A DNA stretch of 53,888 nt, counting the filler, from Stramenopiles sp. TOSAG23-2 (taxonomy: Eukaryota): assembly GCA_900128395.1 (NCBI GenBank). It is 4 parts of 4 records of this genome, joined end to end, with 100 filler letters (N's around TTAATTAATTAA, not from the genome) between each part and the next. Parts side by side here need not be neighbours in the genome. Positions count along the whole stretch, not along the records: positions 40,516 to 53,888 come from LT649805.1; 3 more parts are not named here. One strand, given 5' to 3'. Position numbers and translations under genes: made by a program. The notes beneath the pieces were generated by a model, which worked only from the letters and a program-made list of their open reading frames with translations, was not told where the DNA came from and did not search any database. Below are positions 45,802 through 53,888 of the stretch, one piece after another; the stretch's first letter is position 1, and each line of letters opens with the position of its first letter.

Positions 45802-47121
45802 TTACGAATACCGATTTAATCTTAAAGCTCTTAATTCCTCTGGAGTCGGTTTTTGTTCCACATCCATATCCTTCTCATCTTCACTCTCATTTTCATCTAC
45901 TTCATGTATGAACGATTCCATTTCTGGATTATTCACATTCATACCTATCGGGGAAATATTACCACCATTTCTTTGTTTCATATTTGTACCAACAATACTT
46001 TCATTCATCATATCTTTTACACATGCTATAGCATATGAAATAGTTGGAAAGTCAGAATTTCCATCTTCGGCATCTTTGGCAGTGTTGAACAAATATTGTA
46101 ATGCCATTTCTCTTGTTATTTCATCGCATTGAAGTAATTGTTGCCATTCTTCACTACCTATGAATATTTGATGCCTGATGGGGCTACTTGCCGATTTTTC
46201 AACCTTAATGCCATGTCCACCTTGTAGCTTTAAAACATCAATATTTTTTCTCAAAATATCATTTTGATGTTTTAATTTCTGATTTTCTTCAAGTAATTCC
46301 ATTGCTCTTCTTTCATAATATCCATCGCTAGAAGATTGCTTTGCTACGGATTTTTTCTTCGAATGATGATACTTGTAGTTGTTATTGTGATCACCGAAAT
46401 TATTGTTATTACTACGATCAATATAAGTACTATCATTATTATTATCATTTCGCAAAAGTTGAGAAGAAACTTTGGATTTTTTAAGCTTTTTATTTGTACT
46501 GCCACTTTTATCAAATGTCTTCAATCTTGCTTCCCTTCTTTTATCTCCATGTATACGTGAAATTTGTTTTTCTCGTTGTTTTTGTTGTCGTTTTCTTTCA
46601 GTATTCTGCAATCCTTTCAAACGTGCTCGATCTTTCTTTCGTTGAATTTCATCTTCTTCTTTTTTTTTGGCTTTTCGTTCTCTTTTTTCTCTCAATTCTC
46701 TTTTTTTTTTCTCTCTGTCGCGTACTTTTGCCAATAAAAGTTGTCTACGCTGTACATCTCTATTATTTGTTTGATTTGCAACGTTGCGTTCTTCATTTTG
46801 CATAATTAATAATAGACGAGCTTGGTCATAATCAATATCCATGTTTTCCATAGTTTGGAAGATGACCATATCGTCTGGCTCATACTTCATATTATGGTAC
46901 TTTACTATCCTCTCTCCACCTAGTACTCCTGATCCACCTTGTGGTCTTTGACTTATATATCTATTATATTGTTCTTCATCTGCTGCTACACCTTGCTGTA
47001 ATTTATTTCGTCTTGCTTGATTTACAAATACTTGTCCAAACTTACGATTATTATTGTTATTCCTATTGGTATTTTGTTGATCATCATTGCCATTTTGATC
47101 GTTATTAGGAAATGATGCCAT
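45802..47121 (-). CDS. Charged coiled-coil protein with C-terminal VCP/p97-binding-like motif
   Basis: 439 aa; long R/K/E helix; ends PTPEELRALRLNRYS. Confidence 0.65.
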   Translation of the reverse strand: MASFPNNDQNGNDDQQNTNRNNNNNRKFGQVFVNQARRNKLQQGVAADEEQYNRYISQRPQGGSGVLGGERIVKYHNMKYEPDDMVIFQTMENMDIDYDQARLLLIMQNEERNVANQTNNRDVQRRQLLLAKVRDREKKKRELREKRERKAKKKEEDEIQRKKDRARLKGLQNTERKRQQKQREKQISRIHGDKRREARLKTFDKSGSTNKKLKKSKVSSQLLRNDNNNDSTYIDRSNNNNFGDHNNNYKYHHSKKKSVAKQSSSDGYYERRAMELLEENQKLKHQNDILRKNIDVLKLQGGHGIKVEKSASSPIRHQIFIGSEEWQQLLQCDEITREMALQYLFNTAKDAEDGNSDFPTISYAIACVKDMMNESIVGTNMKQRNGGNISPIGMNVNNPEMESFIHEVDENESEDEKDMDVEQKPTPEELRALRLNRYS

Positions 47122-48059
47122 ATGGTATATTGTAATTTAATTTTATGTTTATTTTATTTTCACGTTATTGATGTTGTGGTGTCTAGATGTATTATCTTGT
47201 CCTTGCAATTGTCCAATTGTTCTTTCCACTACCCAGGGCTACATGTACATTCAAAACTTAGATATAATACTTATATACATGTTGTATATATATTATATAG
47301 ATGGGTATACAGAGAAGGTAGCTATATATATATATAAAAAAGTACGCAAAAATTAATGCATATTTTTAAGGAATTAAATATTTCCAATATTTCAAAGTAA
47401 CATTCGTATAGTTTGCACGTTCCATTACTTTCCATTATTGAAATTAGTAATATTATGCGATTACAATCCAAGAAGTTTTAAACAATCCCTTAATTGAAAC
47501 AGCTAAAAGGGCCTATCTTTTATTTTGTACTGATTATTATTCTAATTCATTGTTTATTTACCTATATACCAAACTGTCCCCAAACAGTCCCCACGCGCAG
47601 AAAAATGAACCCACATTTTACAATGATTTGCAAACCAAGTATACTATGGCAATAGCACTATAAAAATGAACTCCTAAATGATGAAAATCAAAAATATAAT
47701 ATTACCTTTCATAATTATTACATAGTTTAAATTCCATTGTAATACCTGGTAAATAGTGAAAAAAGAGAAAAACATATTAGTACTCACGAGTTGTGAAAAA
47801 GAAAAAGAGCAAAGATTCAATTATAATATAATAGTCAGAAAAGAATAGTAATTAAATATCTTAAAATTATAATATATTTATTAAAGAATAAACAAACAAA
47901 TTAATTAAATAGATTAGTGATTGTATATTACTTACAATATTTAGTATATACATTACTTTTTCAATTATCATATATATAAACGCAAATTTAAAGTTGGAAA
48001 TATCAATTTCAGCTATATAATTATTGAAAACAAAAATATCCATTTCTACACATATTAAC

Positions 48060-49324
48060 ATGAATAATATAAATGGTAGTTTGGCCTTCGGACAGGATAA
48101 ATCGAAGTTTTTAAGGCTGAAACGATCGGAAGGTGCTAAGCCTGAAGATGTTAAGATTAGAATTTTAGCTGGCGAAGAGTATTTGGATAATTTTAAACTT
48201 AGTGCAGAGCTGGAAATATTACTACAACATTTTCGGCCAGAAGCAAATATTAAACCGCAAGAGGGCAAAATTGTGGTGTATGCTCCAAAAAACTTTACGG
48301 TGAGACCAGATGTGGAAATCAATCAAATGGCAAAGGATATTGCTGACAAAAAAGGTGCAGGCATGATCGTTCTTTGTAATAACAAAAATGAACGAAATAA
48401 ATTAACTAAAGCTTACGATAGACAAAGGGAGAAAATTGAAATTCGTATACCTGTCATTGCCATTCTTGAAAACCAAAACGTTTCTTTCAATATTAAAAAT
48501 GCTGTGCAAGATAAGAAGACGACAGCAATTATTTTACATATAAGTGACAAGAAAGTATCAGAAACCGAAAAAATTCTCAATACGGGCAAAAAAACGTCAG
48601 GCAACGAACGTATTCCAGATAGACCTTCAGCCAACAATAACTCTAATCCAGGGGTATGGAACATGTTTGGTCAGGCTGCCAGTTGGGGCAAACGTTTAAT
48701 TGTTGGATTAAATTTTGGCTTGGCAAAAAAATTAAAAAAGGACTGTATTGATAATGTGCAACTCGGTTGGGTTGATTCAGCCAATAACAAAAGATACGAA
48801 GTAGCGCATGGCATTCTCCATTCTTATTACCAACAACATACTGAGAACTATGACGAAGTTGAACAAGAACTTGAAAAGGCTTTCAGCGTTTTAAAAGACT
48901 GGCGATCTTTGCATTCGCGTAATCAAGATATTTTATATCTTCTTTTCATTGGTGAAGTTATAGTTAAATTTCACCATTATTACAATGAAATAGCTCCTTG
49001 GCAAATTGAATTTTTGGAAGAGTTGAAGCAATACCAACCGTCAGACGAGTCCCAAGCATTGTATTTGAAGAAGGGGGGGCATTGAATCGTTATCGAAAAA
49101 GACTTTTTCACATGATCGATGCATTACGAAGTGTGTATATGTACGATAATCTTAACGAAGATAATTTCGCTTCGCTCATGTGGATATATTCGATATGTAG
49201 TGAATCCTGTGATCTATCTTTTATAAAGTACCATACGAAGACGAAATTACCTGTAACAAATTTTAATATCGAAGCGTTTGCAAAACGATCGCATATGCCA
49301 TGGACCTTTTTCATTGATCATTAA
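48060..49324 (+). CDS. PA (protease-associated) domain-like protein with helical C-terminus; apparent frameshift in a G7 run at 49073-49079
   Basis: EGKIVVY...A..KGAGMIVLCNN...IRIPVIAI PA pattern; first ORF stops at 49085 just after the G run, and a coding-like -1 frame continues to 49324. Confidence 0.55.
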
Positions 49325-49675
49325 ATACGATGACATTTTTTGATTGAATATATCTCTCCTTAGATATTACTTTTTCCTTTTTAATTTTTGCTGAATAAAG
49401 AATGTGTCCGACAAATGAAATATACCGGATATACCGAGAAAGTATTAATTTTGTTTTGTAATTAAACATTCATGCAAAATGTTTTTGTAAATATATGTAC
49501 ACATTTTTAATTTTGTAAAAGGTTATAAGAAAGATATCCTAACCGCTTTATATATAGTATTACTATACATCTATATTATATAGTCTACTAAATTATAGTC
49601 ACTGTATTCTAAGCTTAAAAATATGTCCTATATATATTTGCTTAACCTTATTATAGTTTTCTCAAAAATCACTCT

Positions 49676-52600
49676 CTAAACCTCTACCAAAAATGTACGT
49701 ATCTCCAATGGTTTCAAACAGCCTCATAATAGTGAGTGGGCGGAATTACATCGTCTTATTTTAAATGGTAAGTAAAACAGGTAATCATTTTATTGCATAA
49801 ATCATCATCACCATCACGGCTACGACTATCCTCCTCCTTCTCCTCTAGTTGACGACTAGTGGTCATTCTACCATTTTCTTGAACATGCATTCCAATACTT
49901 TTTGTTGTATTCCATTTCAATCGTTTTAAATCATCCAAATCAATATATGCATTTAATGTCATCTCATCAATGCTTTTTAGAACAACATTTTTTCCTCCTC
50001 CTCCTCCTCCGAGCAAAGTAGTACATAAAAATTTTCCTAAATTTACATCTACTGGTTTTGCATAAGTTGAGACATCATCAACTGCAAACAAATGTCTTAA
50101 TCGTATAATCATTTCATTACCTTCAGAAGATGTTGCGCGTACTGTTTGAAGTCTAACATTGAATGGTAAAGAATATAATTCACCATCTTGTTTATTACCA
50201 TCATCATTATCATGATGATCTACATCAATCAAAGATGATGTGTATGTATAGACCAGCGGGGTATTTAAATCAAGTTTCATTTCAACTTGTTTATCATTTG
50301 CATCAGAAAGATCGCCTAGAAACAAAAACATTTCCGTATGTATACGATCAACATCATCTAATGCAACAATAGAATTTTGTCCATCAAATGCAGAAGTACG
50401 ACGATGATGCATAATTTCCAATGTTCCTGGAGCTAATGTCGATACACCTTTTGCCCGATCCAATGCAATGGATAATTGTTTCTTTGATGATTTACCATAC
50501 AACGAAACACTCATTTGACTTGGATAATATTGCCCTGCAATCAAAAGACTTGCCACACCATTGAATAAAGAACTATTAAATTGATGTGATAATTTTTCAT
50601 AGCCATTTTCTTCTGCTATTAATACAGTATCTTCATTTGTGGATGCAATATTTTTGCTATAGAAACGAGATGCTAATTCTGTACGTTCCAGTAAAACGCC
50701 AGCTTCGACGGCAACTTCAATACGATTAGCTAATCCTTCATCAGTTGCTTGCCATATCCGATAAAATACTTTATGTTCATTTGATAATTGTAAACGCACT
50801 TCAGACATAATATCGCCTTCAGCAACGGATGTAGTAAGTACAGATGCATTGACATTATCAAGGATAGGAGTTGCATATGTCAACGGACAAAATTTATATG
50901 CATCTGATACACAATTTGTAGTACCTGTTTTATATAAAACTAAATCATGTTGAATAGTATAATTTGTATTTGTTTTCTTGTTGAAAAATCCGTCCAAACC
51001 TTTAGTTGTTGAAAAATACAATTTCATTACATTATTTTCAATTGAAAATCGTGGTTTTGGCGTATTATTGGCAACATAAATTTCAGTAATTGCAGAAGAT
51101 GCATCATCAACTAATACTTCACCCATCATCATTTTCTGCGTTTCAATATGTTTTGACACTTTTTTCGATAAATAAAATGATTCAACAACTTCTTGTTCCA
51201 TGCTTAATGGTTTTGGATTTAAACGATATATCTCATCATGTTCAACATATGTATTTTTCTTGGAATAATCACCGCCACCACAACCACCTATATACGGTGC
51301 AATAATAAATTCCATTTCAGATAATGGGGAAAACGTTTCTTCAAAAGTAACTTCAAAATCATAATATGGAGCTATTGTAGATGGTACACTTAATGCTGCA
51401 GTGACTTGTGATAAAATTGGTGGTGATATTTTTCCATTTTTTGTTACACTAAATACTTGTACATTACAAACAGGCACTGGAATCTTCACTATGGCATTTC
51501 TAACTTTTGATAATGGATTATATACAATGACACGACCACGTTCACCACTTAATAATAGATTTCCAAGAATAGTTGGGTCTGTATTTGTTGTTGTTGACAT
51601 AATATTGTCATCATCCTTGTGGTTGTTTTTATTATTATCATTATCTTCCGGGCCAAATATAGTTGAAAATAATTTTGATGTTGCCTTATCCGCATTTTTT
51701 AACATTTGCAAATAATCTCCTAAGACATCATGTGATCCAACGACTTGATTTGTACCACTGCAACCTTCCTCTTTTCTACATTCTGTTCCCGTAATTGCAT
51801 CATGATGTTGAACAATACCACAACCTTGCCTGCTAATTTCAAGTTGATTCCAAAGATCACTTTTCATCATATTTGACAATGCATTGGATGATTTGATATA
51901 TAAAATTTCTGCTGCATGAAGCAAATTTTCGGATACACGCGATGCACCTTTTAAAATCGGTCTTGATGTGAAATATCCTGACCAAGCACCTTGTTTCGGA
52001 TTTGGTACATATGGAAAGAATGAATTGCCACTTTTTTTAATTGGTAATTCTAACGTCTCATCTTGTTGCAATGCCATTAAATATTCGCTTGGTGTACTGT
52101 ATCTGACATCTACACCCCATTCTGGATGTTGATTAATTGTATCGATTAAAACATCAGTTGCATCATAAACTAATGCTGCATTTTGATATTGATAATCACA
52201 TCCCCATGGTATTAACACATTTGGTGTACGAAACCATCCTGCTCTACCCTTGGTGATATTTGCTAAATTTTCTGATAGATATAGACGATATGTATCATTC
52301 CATGGAGGTGGTGGTGCACCACCTAATGGTGGGCCCCATTCAAATGCATATGTTGGAAGCGGCATGCAATAATAAGATTCAAAAACATGTGCAAATATTT
52401 CTGTCGTTGCAATTGGCAATGAACTAGAACTTTGCCATATAAATTCTAATGATTTATCTTGTTTTCTCGATGCAACATCATTTGCAGATATACGAGTAAA
52501 AAACCATGCATCAAATCCCATTAACGATTGAAGTGTTGCCTGCGTACTTGATATACCAAATGGGTCCAATGACCAACCAATTTTAGGTCGTGGCAAACCA

Positions 52601-53034
52601 TGCTTTTTTAACCATTGGTGTCCTTCATCCCAATTTGCCAACATTGAATTAACAGTAGTTGCGCCCATATCATGTTGTGACCAACCATTATCAGCTAATT
52701 CAATTTGTCCATTTTTCACAAGTCGAACAAAATTATTTCGTTGTTCATCTGATGTCTTTTCATCAGCCCACCATCTTGAAAGAAATGCCATTTCATCCCA
52801 CACAAAACGTCTTCGGGAAGGAATGGAACCATTTTGTAAATTAGCCACTACACCGTCTAATATTCTTGATACATTCATTCTAGCAAGAGCATCTGTAGTT
52901 TCTAACCATCCAACATCACAATGTGTATGTGGTATTAAATGTAATTGAATATTATTATTATTATTATTATAATTTGCAGCAGCATTATTAATAAATAATA
53001 TGATGGTAATGAAAAAAAGTAATAATTGTATCAT
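49676..53034 (-). CDS. GH38 lysosomal-type alpha-mannosidase; canonical C-terminus displaced by a 59-nt insertion
   Basis: Signal peptide; IPHTHCDVGW, GWSLDPFG, PWGCDY, WSGYFTSRP, QHHDAITGT, IIRLRHLF; LKPLEIRTFLVEV* at 49717-49676. Confidence 0.92.
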
Positions 53035-53567
53035 TTTTTATTTTTGTAAATTTTTCTTTTTTGTGTTCTTAAAAGAAAAGTGTTATATAAATAATAATAA
53101 TAATAATAATAATATAAATACAATATGGATGATGATGATAGAATATCTTCCAATTATTATGATATATCTTATCACAGAATATATCTTATATACTTATATA
53201 TTGAATTTATATAAAAAATAGATACGCTTTCCAGCTTAAGCTCCCACGGAGAGCTCTTTGTGCCTTACCGGCTTTCGATTGATTGGAAATGATGAAAATA
53301 AAAAATAAAACTATACAGTATTGAATTTTTAAGCCTTTTATCCTCAGATCTCGGTGAGATTCTACAAGGTACACAGCATTATACTAACAACCACACAAAA
53401 AAGTACGCAAAAAACAACTGAAAGATATAAAGATATAAATTTATATATATATATCGATAGATAGATAGACTTGTACGATGGAGAGAGAGGAGATCACATA
53501 TATATATAGTATATTATATATATATATTACCTGGTATAATTACTATTTATTTAAAAAAAGAACAATC

Positions 53568-53888
53568 ATGCCAAGAACAACGAAGAAGAAAAATATTACG
53601 AAAGCAAGTGTTGCAGCAGCAATACTTGCAAAGAAGAAAAAAAAAGTTATATCCACGCCAAGAAAAAAGAAAAATATTGCAAATGCAGCAGCTAAAAAAA
53701 AAGCAGCAAATAAGAAAAATACAGTTTCACCAAAAACGATGACAAAGAAGAAGAAAACAATTGCTAGCAAGAAAAAAGCATCGCCAAAAACTAAAGGAAA
53801 AGCAAAATCACCAGCTAGTAAAAGAAAAGCAAAATCACCAGCAAGTAATAAAAAAAAAGCAGTGAAAAAGAAAAAAACACCATCACCA
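53568..53888 (+). CDS. Lys/Ala/Pro-rich histone H1-like basic N-terminus (runs off the window)
   Basis: MPRTTKKK...TPRKKK...SPKT...KASPKTKGKAKSPASKRKAKSPAS; 107 codons with no stop; absent from the supplied ORF track. Confidence 0.7.
   Translation, partial: MPRTTKKKNITKASVAAAILAKKKKKVISTPRKKKNIANAAAKKKAANKKNTVSPKTMTKKKKTIASKKKASPKTKGKAKSPASKRKAKSPASNKKKAVKKKKTPSP

Noticed and set aside
1..53888. tRNA, rRNA, transposase or viral hallmark genes
   Set aside because: None recognised by eye; a covariance-model scan would be needed to exclude small ncRNAs

Overview
AT-rich, gene-dense, intron-poor eukaryotic DNA (standard code, short GT-AG introns, poly-Asn tracts, AC/AT microsatellites), most likely from a heterotrophic protist; a stramenopile is a guess. 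The window is four ~13.4 kb contigs joined by artificial N44-TTAATTAATTAA-N44 spacers, so nothing can be inferred about linkage across them. About 19 genes are visible: a sugar-ABC-type binding protein fused to a class C GPCR 7TM, a secreted GH-like unknown, an S8 subtilase, DUF3237, a ~3,700 aa three-exon multi-lectin membrane receptor, a signal-anchored TTL-methyltransferase fusion, a MYG1-C-terminal/SGNH fusion, a class I PDE, a Kelch-BTB protein, a kinase-KEN RNase fragment, a kinase-RING-Rcat-UBA protein, a pentapeptide-repeat protein, a PA-domain protein, a GH38 alpha-mannosidase and an H1-like basic ORF. The most striking signals are (1) a kinase/RBR-type E3 ligase that begins with a near-perfect histone H3 tail (MARTKQTAKKSNGGKA...KKSAP), head-to-head with a gene starting with an H2B-tail-like peptide, and (2) the giant receptor combining pentraxin, C-type lectin, permuted F-type lectin and Link-like modules. 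Thirteen 86-181 bp tandem duplications, several of which break otherwise intact genes, are probably assembly artefacts. Domain calls are from motif recognition by eye, not from database searches.
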